Shown here: in pieces, positions 38,121 to 49,252 of the stretch
Layout of the letters: every line of letters begins with the position of its first letter
Position numbering within the stretch: the first letter of the stretch is position 1
DNA from: an uncultured delta proteobacterium
Lineage (GTDB): Bacteria > Desulfobacterota > Binatia > Binatales > Binataceae
DNA: 64,000 bases
NCBI GenBank assembly: GCA_963842085.1
Contig: CAWJET010000001.1
Location: 3,168,001 to 3,232,000, forward strand
Reading direction: 5' to 3'
Notes under the pieces: generated by a model
What the model saw: only the letters and a program-made list of their open reading frames with translations
Databases searched by the model: none
What the model was told of the DNA's origin: nothing
Made by a program: the position numbers and the translations under genes

Positions 38121-39659
38121 ATGAGCGCTGATATCCAAACCGCAAATCTTCCTCCCTTCCCGCTGGATTATCGTGCCTGTGGCGTGCTCGAGCACGTCAC
38201 TTCCCTGCCCTCGCCATACGGCATCGGGGATTTGGGTCCTGCCGCCTTTGCGTGGATTGACCGCCTTTGCGAAGCGGGCCAGACGTGGTGGCAAGCACTC
38301 CCCGGGGGCCCCACCGGATATGCCAACTCACCATACCAATCTCTATCTTCCTTCGCCGGCAACTGGCTACTGATAAGCCCGGCCCGCTTGATAGAAGACG
38401 GTCTGCTGCATAAGAGCGACTGCGAAGGTCAGTCATTTCCGGCAACTGTTGTCGACTACGAGGCTGTCATCAGGTTCAAACACCGGCTGCTCGATATCGC
38501 CTGGGTCAGTTTCGTTAGTGGTGAACGACGGGACTTGGGAACGGCCTACGAGACTTTCTGCCGTGACCAGGCTCGCTGGCTAAGCGACTACGCCTTGTTC
38601 CGGGCGCTAAAAGCAAAGTACAACGGCACCTATTACCTTGATTGGCCGATTGAGGTGGTCGAGCGCAGACCGTCAGCCCTAGCCCAAGCCCGTCGAGAAC
38701 TGACGCGCGAGATTGGCAAGATTTGCTTTGCACAATTCCTGTTGTTCCGGCAAGCGGATCAACTTAAGCGATATGCGCACGCCAAGGGCGTCCGCTTGAT
38801 TGGAGACTTGCCTTTTTTTGTTTCCCCCGATTCGAGCGACGTATGGAGCGACCCAGAGCTCTTCATCCTGGATGAGCGGCGCAGACCGAGTTTCGTTGCA
38901 GGCGTACCTCCTGACTATTTCAGTGCGGATGGACAGCGCTGGGGGAACCCGGTTTATGATTGGGAAGCCCTTCGGCGGACCGGCTATCAATGGTGCGTTG
39001 ACCGCTTGCGCGCCCTGCTCGCGCACGTGGATGTGATCCGCCTGGATCATTTCCGTGCTTTCGCTGCGGCCTGGCATATCCCGGAGGCTGCATCGACCGC
39101 CCAAGCCGGGCATTGGGTGCCGGGCCCGGGCGCGGAGTTCTTCAGCACGGTGCAAAGAGAACTGGGCGGACTGCCATTTATCGCCGAGGATTTGGGACTG
39201 AGCACGCCTGACGTCCGGAGGCTTCGAGATCAATTCCATCTGCCCGGAACAAAAGTTCTCCAGTTCGCGTTTGACGGCCATTCAGACAATCCGTATCTTC
39301 CCGAGAACTACGGTGCCAACACCGTCGCCTACACGGGAACCCATGACAACGATACGACACGTGGCTGGTTCGAGGCTTTACCGCAGAACCAACGGGAAAA
39401 AGTCTGGAATTATCTAAAGCGCAGACCCGGTGAGAGCAGTGAAATCGCTTGGGAATTGATCCGCCTTGCATGGTCGTCCGTGGCGGCACTCGCGATGGCT
39501 CCGCTCCAGGATGTGCTGAACCTCGGGACGGAGGCCCGAATGAACTTGCCCGGTCGCGTCGAGGGCAACTGGCGCTGGCGTTGCCCGGAAGACATGCTGC
39601 CCGAGCCAGCCCTTCGACGCCTTCGCGAGCTGACAGCGACCTCCAACCGGGTACGCTAA
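38121..39659 (+). CDS. malQ: 4-alpha-glucanotransferase (GH77)
   Basis: GIGDLG, GVPPDYFS..GQRWGNP, RLDHFR, AEDLG, YTGTHDN, MNLPG..GNW.WR. Confidence 0.96.
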   Translation: MSADIQTANLPPFPLDYRACGVLEHVTSLPSPYGIGDLGPAAFAWIDRLCEAGQTWWQALPGGPTGYANSPYQSLSSFAGNWLLISPARLIEDGLLHKSDCEGQSFPATVVDYEAVIRFKHRLLDIAWVSFVSGERRDLGTAYETFCRDQARWLSDYALFRALKAKYNGTYYLDWPIEVVERRPSALAQARRELTREIGKICFAQFLLFRQADQLKRYAHAKGVRLIGDLPFFVSPDSSDVWSDPELFILDERRRPSFVAGVPPDYFSADGQRWGNPVYDWEALRRTGYQWCVDRLRALLAHVDVIRLDHFRAFAAAWHIPEAASTAQAGHWVPGPGAEFFSTVQRELGGLPFIAEDLGLSTPDVRRLRDQFHLPGTKVLQFAFDGHSDNPYLPENYGANTVAYTGTHDNDTTRGWFEALPQNQREKVWNYLKRRPGESSEIAWELIRLAWSSVAALAMAPLQDVLNLGTEARMNLPGRVEGNWRWRCPEDMLPEPALRRLRELTATSNRVR

Positions 39660-39745
39660 TTTGGTCAAACTGTCTGATGGAGACGCACTGCTTCGCGCCA
39701 ACATCGTCTTTTGCCTCGAGTTTCTCGACCCCACATCTCCAATAG

Positions 39746-39807
39746 GAACCCTTTTTACACCGAAACAGGACTTCAAGATAACGACTCTGAACCCGAATTA
39801 CCTTTAC
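39746..39807 (+). promoter_or_regulatory. 62-bp conserved upstream motif, copy 2 (before xfp)
   Basis: gaaccctttttacaccgaaacaggacttcaagataacgactctgaacccgaattacctttac. Confidence 0.85.
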
Positions 39808-39886
39808 CTTTGCTACGGAACCACGAGAGAATGTCATTCAAAGCACTGATAATCAACGGGTCCGTGACCCAAGGAGATTATTAACC

Positions 39887-42331
39887 ATGGCCACGCTCGC
39901 GAGAACGTCTGAGACGGTTCGCGCTGATGAAAACATCTCCGCGTATGGTAAGGCTCGCTCGACGGTTAAGGGAACGCCGCTCAGTCCCGATGAATTACGC
40001 AAGATCGACGCATACTGGCGAGCCACCCTGTATTTGAGCCTGGGGATGCTCTATCTGAAGGAAAATCCCTTGCTGCGCGAACCGCTAAAGCTCGAGCAAA
40101 CCAAACCGCGCCTGCTGGGCCACTGGGGCTCGGACGCCGGGCAGAGCTTCACCTACATTCACTTTAACAGGTTGATAAAAAAGTATGACCTCAGTGCGAT
40201 CTATGTCTCTGGCCCCGGACACGGCGCGCCTGCTGTATTGTCGAACGCATACCTTGAGGGAACGTACTCCGAAATCTATCCCGAAAAGAGTGAAGATCTT
40301 GCCGGTATGCAGCGCTTCTTCAAGCAGTTCAGCTTTCCGGGCGGTATCGGCAGCCATGCGACTCCCGAAACGCCTGGCAGTATCCACGAGGGCGGAGAAC
40401 TCGGCTACAGCATCTCGCACGCCTACGGGACGGTCTACGACCATCCAGACCTGATCACGCTCGTTATGGTGGGTGACGGCGAGTCCGAGACCGGCCCGCT
40501 CGCGACAAGCTGGCATAGCAACAAGTTTCTCAACCCTATAGTTGATGGCGCGGTGCTGCCGGTCCTACACTTGAACGGCTACAAGATCAACAATCCCACC
40601 CTACTGGCTCGAATCAGCCACGAAGAGCTGGAGGCGCTGTTCGTCGGATACGGATACACGCCTTGCTTCGTCGAGGGCAGCGATCCGCAGAGCATGCACC
40701 AGGCGATGGCTGCGACCATGGAGCATTGCGTACTCGAGATTCGCAAAATCCAGGACGAAGCGAGGCGGACCGGGAAGGCGACCCGGCCGCGATGGCCGAT
40801 GATCGTCTTGCGCAGCCCCAAGGGGTGGACAGCGCCGCGGCAGGTCGATGAGCACTACCTGGAGGGATTCTGGCGAGCGCATCAGATCCCGATTACCGAC
40901 ATCGCTACGAATCCAAAACATCTGAAAATCCTTGAAAGCTGGATGCGTAGTTACAAGCCCGAAGAGCTCTTCGACGACGAAGGTCGGTTGATCGCCGAGT
41001 TGAAGGCCTTGGCTCCCAAAGGAAATCGGCGGATGAGTGCAAACCCGATCGCTAATGGCGGTCTGGTTCGCAAGCCGCTCGATATGCCCGATTTTCGGAA
41101 TTCGGCAGTTGAGGTCAAAAAGCCGGGCGCGACTTCAGCCGGGAACGTTCCAACCCTCGGCAATTACCTGCGGGAAGTGATGCGGCGGAACATGGATCGC
41201 TTCCGTGTGTTCGGTCCGGATGAAACGCAATCCAACCGACTCGAGGCAATTTACGAAGTGGCAAAGAAGGTCTGGCTAGGAGAGTACTTCCCCGAAGACG
41301 CTGACGGCGGCGAGCTTGCTCCAAACGGACGCGTGATGGAGATGCTGAGCGAGCATACCGTCGAAGGATGGCTGGAAGGTTACCTCTTGAGCGGGCGGCA
41401 CGGCTTACTCAATAGCTACGAGCCGTTCATACATGTAGTCGACTCGATGTTTAACCAGCACGCCAAGTGGCTGGAAAAGTGCAACGAACTCCCGTGGCGG
41501 GCCAAGGTGTCGTCACTGAACCTGCTGATAACCGCTTTGGTCTGGCGGCAGGATCACAATGGCTTCACGCATCAAGACCCCGGTTTCCTCGACGTGGTCG
41601 CCAACAAGAGTCCCAGTGTCGTCCGCATCTACCTGCCGCCAGACGCTAACTGTCTGCTATCGGTCGCCGATCACTGCTTGCAGAGCGTCAATTACGTGAA
41701 CGTCATCGTCGCCGACAAACAAGTGCATCTGCAGTACCTGGACATGGAAGCGGCGATCGAGCACTGCACTAAGGGCGTCGGCATCTGGAATTGGGCCAGC
41801 AACGATCAGGGCGCGGAGCCCGATGTAGTCATGGCGAGTTGTGGCGATTGCCCAACAATGGAGTCGTTGGCCGCTACGGCTCTGCTTCGCCAGCACATAC
41901 CCGACGTGAAGGTGAGATTCGTCAACGTGGTCGATCTGGCTCGACTGGTTCCCAGCAGCGAACATCCTCATGGTATGACGGATCGTGAGTTCGAGGCTAT
42001 CTTCACACCGAACAAGCCGGTCATCTTCAACTTTCATTCCTATCCATGGTTGATTCACCGCCTTACGTATCGCCGTCCTGGCCAACACAACATTCACGTG
42101 CGCGGCTACAAGGAAAAGGGAAACATCAACACGCCGCTGGAATTGGCTATCCAGAACCAAACCGATCGCTTCAGCATCGCAATTGACGCAATCGATCGAA
42201 TGCCGCGTTTCCAGGTCACGGGAGCCGGGGTGCGCGAGGCGCTGCTCAATCATCAGATAGCAGCCAAGAGCTACGCTCACGAGTTCGGCATCGATCAGCA
42301 GGACATCACGAATTGGCAGTGGCCATTCTGA
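39887..42331 (+). CDS. xfp: Xylulose-5-P/fructose-6-P phosphoketolase
   Basis: [39 protein letters not shown]. Confidence 0.97.
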   Translation: MATLARTSETVRADENISAYGKARSTVKGTPLSPDELRKIDAYWRATLYLSLGMLYLKENPLLREPLKLEQTKPRLLGHWGSDAGQSFTYIHFNRLIKKYDLSAIYVSGPGHGAPAVLSNAYLEGTYSEIYPEKSEDLAGMQRFFKQFSFPGGIGSHATPETPGSIHEGGELGYSISHAYGTVYDHPDLITLVMVGDGESETGPLATSWHSNKFLNPIVDGAVLPVLHLNGYKINNPTLLARISHEELEALFVGYGYTPCFVEGSDPQSMHQAMAATMEHCVLEIRKIQDEARRTGKATRPRWPMIVLRSPKGWTAPRQVDEHYLEGFWRAHQIPITDIATNPKHLKILESWMRSYKPEELFDDEGRLIAELKALAPKGNRRMSANPIANGGLVRKPLDMPDFRNSAVEVKKPGATSAGNVPTLGNYLREVMRRNMDRFRVFGPDETQSNRLEAIYEVAKKVWLGEYFPEDADGGELAPNGRVMEMLSEHTVEGWLEGYLLSGRHGLLNSYEPFIHVVDSMFNQHAKWLEKCNELPWRAKVSSLNLLITALVWRQDHNGFTHQDPGFLDVVANKSPSVVRIYLPPDANCLLSVADHCLQSVNYVNVIVADKQVHLQYLDMEAAIEHCTKGVGIWNWASNDQGAEPDVVMASCGDCPTMESLAATALLRQHIPDVKVRFVNVVDLARLVPSSEHPHGMTDREFEAIFTPNKPVIFNFHSYPWLIHRLTYRRPGQHNIHVRGYKEKGNINTPLELAIQNQTDRFSIAIDAIDRMPRFQVTGAGVREALLNHQIAAKSYAHEFGIDQQDITNWQWPF

Positions 42332-42351
42332 CGATCGAAGGAACTGTAGTC

Positions 42352-42939
42352 ATGCTGCCTGTCGTTTACCTCGCAAGGCACGGTGAGACTGCATGGAGTC
42401 TCTCGGGCCAGCACACTGGACTTACCGATTTGCCATTGACCGATCGCGGCGAAAGCAATGCACGACGTCTTGGTGAACGTTTGACCGGACTGAGTTTCAG
42501 CAAAGTCTTTACCAGTCCATTGCAGCGCGCGAGGAGGACTTGTGAATTGGCGGGCTTTGGTCGCCGAGCCGAAGTCGATCGCGACCTGCTTGAATGGAAT
42601 TACGGCGAATACGAAGGCCGCCGCACAGAAGAAATCCATGCAGAGCGCCCGGACTGGCAACTGTTTCGCGACGGCTGTCCCGGAGGCGAGTCACCGGGGC
42701 AGGTGGGCGAACGTGCTGATCGAGTGGTGAGGCGAGTGCGCGAGATTCAAGGTAACGTGCTGATTTTCTCAAGCGGTCACATTTTGCTAGTACTCGCCGC
42801 GCGCTGGCTAGGGCTGGAACCAATCGCCGGTAAGTACTTCCTGCTGAGCACTGCGAGCTTGAGCGCGCTTGGCTACGAATACAACTTGTCCCGGCCAGTA
42901 ATACAACTGTGGAACGACACAAATCACGTGAGCTCCTGA
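42352..42939 (+). CDS. Histidine phosphatase family protein
   Basis: RHGETAWS, SPLQRA, EWNYGEYEG. Confidence 0.92.
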   Translation: MLPVVYLARHGETAWSLSGQHTGLTDLPLTDRGESNARRLGERLTGLSFSKVFTSPLQRARRTCELAGFGRRAEVDRDLLEWNYGEYEGRRTEEIHAERPDWQLFRDGCPGGESPGQVGERADRVVRRVREIQGNVLIFSSGHILLVLAARWLGLEPIAGKYFLLSTASLSALGYEYNLSRPVIQLWNDTNHVSS

Positions 42940-42959
42940 TCGATAACAGGAAGAAAACG

Positions 42960-45455
42960 ATGGCAGCATCTCCCAAGACACCAACCTTCGATCTTATTTC
43001 GAAACTAATCGCGCAATACGGATGCGGCCCGATTAAATTCAGCGGCACCGATGAAGCGCTTTACGAGCGCCATCTGCTGTTCGACAACATCGTCGATGCC
43101 AGCGATGTCACGTTGCGGGAGCGATATGAAGCCGTCGCCCGATCGGTGCGGGACGTCCTCTCTCAGCGATGGATACATACTGAGCAAACTTACGAGCGCG
43201 AGAATCCCAAACGCGTTTACTATCTCTCGATAGAATTCCTACTGGGTCGCTCGCTTGCGAACAACATCAATAATCTCCTGCTCGATCCTATCGCGGCGCA
43301 CCTTATCAAGGAGAAGAACGTCGACTGGCTAGGTCTGCTCGAGCAGGAGCCTGACCCTGGTCTGGGTAATGGTGGGCTTGGGCGTTTGGCGGCCTGCTTT
43401 TTGGATTCGATGGCGACGATGCAACTGCCCGCGATGGGCTACGGGCTGCGTTACGAATACGGTATGTTTAAGCAGTCCATTAAAGATGGCTGGCAGGAAG
43501 AGCGGCCGGACCATTGGCTGCGCCACCCCGATCCTTGGCAGATATTGCGGCCACGGGAAAGCGTAGAAGTGAAGCTGAACCGCTCCTTCCAGATAGCCGG
43601 CGGAAGCTTGCACGCCCAGCCCGGAAAGCCCACCAAGTTATTCGGCATCCCTCGCGATCTCCCAATAGTCGGATATGGCGGCCGAACCATCAATTCACTG
43701 CGACTGTGGGCCGCGGCCGCACCGGATTACTTCGACTTCCAGGAATTCAGCCACGGCGATTTCGTCGGTGCACTTGCTGAGAAGCTGGCGGCCGAAACGC
43801 TGACGAGAGTCCTGTATCCCGACGATTCGACCAGCTTGGGGCAGAGCTTGCGCTTCGTGCAGGAGTATTTTCTCGTGGCATGCTCGCTCGCCGATATTGT
43901 ACGGCGGTTTCGTCGCAGCAACCCAGATTGGAGCACGCTTCCCGACAAGGTTGCGATCCAGCTCAACGATACGCATCCAACGATGGCGGTGTCCGAGTTG
44001 ATGCGGATTTTGCTCGACGAGGCGAAGCTCGGATGGGACGAAGCGTGGGACCTAACGCGAAGAACGCTGGCGTACACCAACCATACGCTGCTGCCTGAAG
44101 CACTCGAGAAATGGCCGGTTGCGTGGTTTGAGACGATGATGCCGCGGAACCTGGAGATCATTTTCGAAATCAATCGCCGGTTAGTCGATGACGTTCGCGT
44201 GCGGTTCCCAAGCGACGAAGGTCGGATTGCGCGCGTGAGCCTGATCGAGGAAGGCCCAATCAAGCACGTGCGTATGGCCAACCTGGCCATCGTCGGATCG
44301 CACAGTACGAACGGTGTAGCCGCGATTCACTCCGAGTTGCTACGCACGACCACGGTCAAAGACCTGGCCGAGATGTTTCCAGAACGCTTCAACAATAAGA
44401 CCAACGGTGTCACGCCGCGCCGCTGGCTGCTGCTGGCCAATCCGACGCTCGCTCGCACAATCAGCGACGCGATCGGTGAGGGCTGGATTACCGATCTCAG
44501 CCAACTGAGCAAGCTTAGGCCGCTTGCCGATAACAAAGCCTTTCGCGACAACTTCCGCGTAGCAACTCGCGAGACGAAGGCCCGCTTTGCCAACTGGCTC
44601 AAATCGAAGACCGGACAAACGATAGATCCGGACACCATTTTTGATTGCCAAGTCAAGCGCATCCACGAATACAAGCGTCAACTGCTGAACGCGCTGCGAA
44701 TCGTCATTCTCTACAATCGCGTCAGGCAAACCCCCAACCTTGAGATGTCTCCGCGAACATTCCTGTTTTCTGGTAAGGCGGCGCCTGCCTACCATCTGGC
44801 CAAGCTCATCATAAAGTTCATCAACAATCTGGCCAGTACGATCGATGGCGATCCCACGGTGCGCGGCCAGCTCAAGGTACTCTTCATCCCTGAGTACGAC
44901 GTAACACTTGCCGAGCAGCTGATTCCTGCCAGTGATGTATCCAATCAGATTTCAACCGCGGGCTATGAGGCGAGCGGCACAAGCAACATGAAGTTCATGA
45001 TGAACGGGGCGTTGACTATCGGCACGCGCGACGGAGCAACCATCGAGATGGCGCAGGAGGCGGGCGAGGAAAATTTCTTCTTGTTCGGGTTGACTGCGCA
45101 ACAAGTCGCGGATAGCCGGGGCTGGTACGACCCGCATTGGCACTATGAGCACGAGCCTGCGACGCGAGCGGCGCTGGACCTGATCTTTTCGGACCACTTC
45201 AGCCGCCACGAACCCGGCATCTTCGAACCGCTGCGCGACACGCTCCTGACACATGGTGACTACTACATGCATCTCGCGGATCTCACGTCCTATCTGGACG
45301 CCGACCGCAGGCTGATTGAACTATACGCGAAACCCGAAGAATGGACGCGTAAGGCGATCCTGAATGTCGCCGGCTCTGGAAAATTCTCGAGCGACCGCAC
45401 CATTGCGCAGTATGCAGCCGAGATCTGGAACGCCAAGCCGTGTCGCGTCGGTTAG
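42960..45455 (+). CDS. glgP: Glycogen/alpha-glucan phosphorylase
   Basis: LGNGGLGRLAACF, QLNDTHP, KRIHEYKRQ, EASGTSNMK. Confidence 0.97.
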   Translation: MAASPKTPTFDLISKLIAQYGCGPIKFSGTDEALYERHLLFDNIVDASDVTLRERYEAVARSVRDVLSQRWIHTEQTYERENPKRVYYLSIEFLLGRSLANNINNLLLDPIAAHLIKEKNVDWLGLLEQEPDPGLGNGGLGRLAACFLDSMATMQLPAMGYGLRYEYGMFKQSIKDGWQEERPDHWLRHPDPWQILRPRESVEVKLNRSFQIAGGSLHAQPGKPTKLFGIPRDLPIVGYGGRTINSLRLWAAAAPDYFDFQEFSHGDFVGALAEKLAAETLTRVLYPDDSTSLGQSLRFVQEYFLVACSLADIVRRFRRSNPDWSTLPDKVAIQLNDTHPTMAVSELMRILLDEAKLGWDEAWDLTRRTLAYTNHTLLPEALEKWPVAWFETMMPRNLEIIFEINRRLVDDVRVRFPSDEGRIARVSLIEEGPIKHVRMANLAIVGSHSTNGVAAIHSELLRTTTVKDLAEMFPERFNNKTNGVTPRRWLLLANPTLARTISDAIGEGWITDLSQLSKLRPLADNKAFRDNFRVATRETKARFANWLKSKTGQTIDPDTIFDCQVKRIHEYKRQLLNALRIVILYNRVRQTPNLEMSPRTFLFSGKAAPAYHLAKLIIKFINNLASTIDGDPTVRGQLKVLFIPEYDVTLAEQLIPASDVSNQISTAGYEASGTSNMKFMMNGALTIGTRDGATIEMAQEAGEENFFLFGLTAQQVADSRGWYDPHWHYEHEPATRAALDLIFSDHFSRHEPGIFEPLRDTLLTHGDYYMHLADLTSYLDADRRLIELYAKPEEWTRKAILNVAGSGKFSSDRTIAQYAAEIWNAKPCRVG

Positions 45456-45486
45456 TGTCGATTGCAGGTTCTTCGGAGAGCAAACA

Positions 45487-47136
45487 ATGGAAGTGAGTCC
45501 ACTCGCGGGTAAGCCCGCTGACCCTTCGATTCTCATCGATGTTTCCAAGTTGGTGTCTGCCTATTACAGCGAGCAACCAGATCCGTCCCTGCCTGCGCAG
45601 AGGGTCGCCTTCGGGACCTCCGGGCATCGCGGCTGCTCGCTCGACAACTCGTTCAACGAAGCGCATATCCTCGCGATAACCCAGGCGATATGTCTTTACC
45701 GCAAACAGCAGAGCATCGATGGCCCGCTTTACATCGGTTTCGATACGCACGCGCTCTCGGAGCCGGCTTTTAGAAGTGCATTGGAAGTGCTGGCGGGCAA
45801 CGGCGTCGATGTAATGGTCGATGCGGCCAATAGTTACACTCCCACCCCGGTTATCTCGCATGCGATCCTCAGCTACAACCGGGGCCGCAAGCGCGGCGGC
45901 GCCGACGGTATCGTCATCACACCATCGCACAATCCGCCTCGATTCGGCGGCTTCAAGTATGATCCTCCGCATGGAGGACCTGCGGACACTCATGTAACCG
46001 AATGGATCCAGGAGCGTGCCAACGCCTTGATCGCGGACGGCCTCCGTGGAATTGCGAGGATGCCGCTCGAGCGAGCGCGCACAGCTTCGACGACTCATAA
46101 GCACGAGTACCTGGACTTCTATGTGAACGATCTTTCCTCGGTGGTCGACCTGCAGGGGATCAAGGAGAGCAACGTGCGTATCGGCGTCGATCCCCTAGGC
46201 GGCGCCAGCGTGGGTTACTGGGATGCCATCGGCGATCGCTACGGCTTGAACCTCAAGGTTGTTAATCACACCGTGGACCCGACCTTCCGGTTCATGACCG
46301 TCGACTGGGACGGCCAAATCAGAATGGACCCTTCATCGCCGTACGCGATGGCGCGCATGGTCGGCCTGAAGGATCGGTTCGATGTCGCGTTCGCAAGCGA
46401 TACCGATGCCGATCGCCACGGAATCGTCAGCCACAGCCAAGGATTGCTCGATCCAAATCATTATCTCTCTGTGGCGATTTCATACCTATTCGCAAACCGC
46501 CCGCAATGGTCCCAGACGGTCGCCGTCGGCAAGACCGTGGTCAGCAGCAGCATGATCGATCGAGCGACGTCGCGCCTGAAACGTCAACTCTTCGAAGTGC
46601 CAGTGGGCTTCAAGTGGTTCGTCGAGGGACTTATTGATGGCAGCGTCGGGTTTTGCGGCGAGGAGAGTTCGGGTGCGACATTTCTGCGGCGCGACGGCAC
46701 TGTTTGGACGACGGACAAAGACGGAATCGTTCCCAACCTGTTGGCTGCAGAGATCACCGCTCGGACTGGCAGTGACCCGGGTGAGCATTACCGCAAACTT
46801 ACTGCGGCGCTGGGCGAATCTTACTACGAGCGCGTGGACGCACCTGCAACGGCAGAACAGAAGGAGAGGCTCGAGAGTCTATCTCCTGAAGCAATCTCCG
46901 CATCGAACCTCGCAGGCGAACGGATTACCGCCAAGCTGAACAAGGCGCCTGGCAACCATGCTCCTATAGGCGGTGTCAAAGTGACTACCATCAATGGCTG
47001 GTTCGCTGCTCGCCCCTCTGGAACCGAAAGCATCTACAAGATCTACGCGGAAAGTTTCAAGGACCGCGCTCACCTTGACGCTATACTTCGCGAAGCCCAG
47101 GAGATCGTGAACAAAGCTCTGGAGGTGAAATCATGA
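45487..47136 (+). CDS. pgm: Phosphoglucomutase
   Basis: FGTSGHRG, TPSHNP, DTDADR, GEES, RPSGTE. Confidence 0.96.
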   Translation: MEVSPLAGKPADPSILIDVSKLVSAYYSEQPDPSLPAQRVAFGTSGHRGCSLDNSFNEAHILAITQAICLYRKQQSIDGPLYIGFDTHALSEPAFRSALEVLAGNGVDVMVDAANSYTPTPVISHAILSYNRGRKRGGADGIVITPSHNPPRFGGFKYDPPHGGPADTHVTEWIQERANALIADGLRGIARMPLERARTASTTHKHEYLDFYVNDLSSVVDLQGIKESNVRIGVDPLGGASVGYWDAIGDRYGLNLKVVNHTVDPTFRFMTVDWDGQIRMDPSSPYAMARMVGLKDRFDVAFASDTDADRHGIVSHSQGLLDPNHYLSVAISYLFANRPQWSQTVAVGKTVVSSSMIDRATSRLKRQLFEVPVGFKWFVEGLIDGSVGFCGEESSGATFLRRDGTVWTTDKDGIVPNLLAAEITARTGSDPGEHYRKLTAALGESYYERVDAPATAEQKERLESLSPEAISASNLAGERITAKLNKAPGNHAPIGGVKVTTINGWFAARPSGTESIYKIYAESFKDRAHLDAILREAQEIVNKALEVKS

Positions 47137-48209
47137 AGGCTACTCAATGGCTCCACAATTTGGGGCAAAGCATCTGGCTCGATAACATCACGCGCGACCT
47201 GCTCGACAGCGGCACCCTCAAGCGCTACATCGATGATCTCTCGGTCACCGGGTTGACCTCTAATCCGACGATCTTCGATCACGCTATCACTCACAGCAAA
47301 TCGTACGATTCTGAAATTCGCCGACTCATGGGGACCGGCCTCTCCGGTGAGGCATTGTTCTTTGAGCTGGCGGTGCAGGACCTGACGCGAGCCGCCGATC
47401 TGTTTGCTCCGATCAACGAACGCAGCGCCGGCGTAGACGGCTTCGTATCGCTGGAAGTGTCGCCGCTGCTCGCGTACGACGCAAAGAATACGGTCGCGCA
47501 GGCCAAAGCGCTTCACAAAAGGGCCAATCGATGCAACCTATTCATCAAGATTCCGGGCACCAAGGAAGGAGCGCCTGCGATCGAAGAAGCGATCTTTTCG
47601 GGCGTGCCGGTGAATGTGACTCTGCTCTTCTCTCGTGAGCATTACGTCGACGCGGCCGAGGCTTATATGCGCGGACTGGAGCGGCGCATCGCGGCCGGTA
47701 TGAGTCCAGACGTCCGTTCGGTGGCGTCGCTCTTCATCAGCCGCTGGGACAAAGCGACGATGGATAAAGTGCCCGAGCGCGATCGCGACAAACTGGGAGT
47801 CGCAATCGGCCAGCAGACTTACAGGGCGTACCGCGACGTACTCCAGTCGGATCGATGGCAGCGGCTGGCGAACTGCGGTGCTCGCTCGCAAAGGTTGCTG
47901 TTCGCAAGCACCGGCACCAAGGATCCTAAGGCCTCCGATGTCCTTTATATAGGCGCGCTGGCCGCCCCCAACACAATCAACACTATGCCGGAGGAGACCT
48001 TGCTCGCGTTCGGTGAGCACGGTCGGGTAACCGGCGTCATTCCGCGCGACGGCGCGGATTGTGAACAAGTCCTCGCAGAGTTCGGTCGGGTCGGAATTGA
48101 CGTGGCAAAGCTCGGCGCCGATCTGCAGACGGAGGGAGCCAAATCCTTCGACGACTCCTGGAAGGATCTGTTAAACGCAATCGAGGCCAAGAGCAAAGCG
48201 CTGAAGTAA
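47133..48209 (+). CDS. tal: Transaldolase
   Basis: GQSIWLDN, GLTSNPTIF, IKIPGT, NVTLLFS, ASTGTK. Confidence 0.95.
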   Translation: MKATQWLHNLGQSIWLDNITRDLLDSGTLKRYIDDLSVTGLTSNPTIFDHAITHSKSYDSEIRRLMGTGLSGEALFFELAVQDLTRAADLFAPINERSAGVDGFVSLEVSPLLAYDAKNTVAQAKALHKRANRCNLFIKIPGTKEGAPAIEEAIFSGVPVNVTLLFSREHYVDAAEAYMRGLERRIAAGMSPDVRSVASLFISRWDKATMDKVPERDRDKLGVAIGQQTYRAYRDVLQSDRWQRLANCGARSQRLLFASTGTKDPKASDVLYIGALAAPNTINTMPEETLLAFGEHGRVTGVIPRDGADCEQVLAEFGRVGIDVAKLGADLQTEGAKSFDDSWKDLLNAIEAKSKALK

Positions 48210-48264
48210 TCAAGACGATTGACTCGCTCGCTTTTTTTCGACCGACCATTCGAGGAGAACTAGC

Positions 48265-49182
48265 ATGACGCGCGGATATGATCTGCCACTGTACGTCCTG
48301 CCTTTCGATCATCGAGCATCTTTTGAGACGGGGATGTTCGGATGGAAAGGCGAATTGACCCCCGAACAGACCGCTCAGATCGCCGAGGCAAAACGGGTGA
48401 TCTACGACGGTTTGAAGGCGGCAATCGCCTCCGGAGTGCCGAAGCAGAAAGCAGCTATCCTGGTGGACGAGCAATTCGGGGCAGCCATTCTGCGCGACGC
48501 CAAGGCGGACGGCTACATGATCGCGTGTCCGGTTGAGAAAAGCGGACAGGACGAGTTCGATTTCGAGTACGGCGAAGCCTTCCACAACCACATCGAGGCC
48601 TTCCAGCCAACATTCTGCAAAGTCCTGGTGCGATACAACCCGGAGGGCGACCAAGCTCTGAACCGGAGACAAACGAAGCGTCTCACGCGGTTGTCCTATT
48701 ACCTGCATAACTCGAAACCTAGACTTTTCATGTTTGAGCTCCTGGTTCCGGCAGAGAAAGCACAACTGGAAAAGGTCAAGGGCGACAAGAATGCGTACGA
48801 CCTGGAGATTCGTCCTCGGCTAATGGTCCAGACCATCGAAGAGCTGCAGGACGCGCATGTCGAACCAGACGTTTGGAAGATCGAAGGCCTTGACCGCAGA
48901 GAGGATTGCGAGCGCGTTGTGGCGGCGGCTCGCTACGGGGGCCGCGACAAAGTCGGTTGCATCGTTCTGGGTCGCGGCGAGAACGACAAGAATGTGCGCG
49001 AATGGCTGACAACCGCGGCAACCGTGCCGGGCTTCATCGGATTCGCCGTCGGTCGCACGGACTTCTGGGAACCTCTGGTCGGGTGGCGGGAGAAGAAAAC
49101 CACGCGCGAAGCTGCGGTTGATGAAGTTGCCCGGCGGTATCGTGAATTCGTCGACATTTTTGAGAAAGCACGCGCCCAATAG
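48265..49182 (+). CDS. DUF2090 protein (aldolase-like TIM barrel, IolC C-terminal-like)
   Basis: LPFDHR, LVDEQFG, KVLVRYNP, PDVWKIEG, VLGRG, GFAVGRT. Confidence 0.88.
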   Translation: MTRGYDLPLYVLPFDHRASFETGMFGWKGELTPEQTAQIAEAKRVIYDGLKAAIASGVPKQKAAILVDEQFGAAILRDAKADGYMIACPVEKSGQDEFDFEYGEAFHNHIEAFQPTFCKVLVRYNPEGDQALNRRQTKRLTRLSYYLHNSKPRLFMFELLVPAEKAQLEKVKGDKNAYDLEIRPRLMVQTIEELQDAHVEPDVWKIEGLDRREDCERVVAAARYGGRDKVGCIVLGRGENDKNVREWLTTAATVPGFIGFAVGRTDFWEPLVGWREKKTTREAAVDEVARRYREFVDIFEKARAQ

Positions 49183-49252
49183 ACGCCGAATAACCAATTG
49201 CGCCGTGCCGGGTGAGCAGTCGCATCGAGAATTCGGTGGAGGCAAACGTCAA

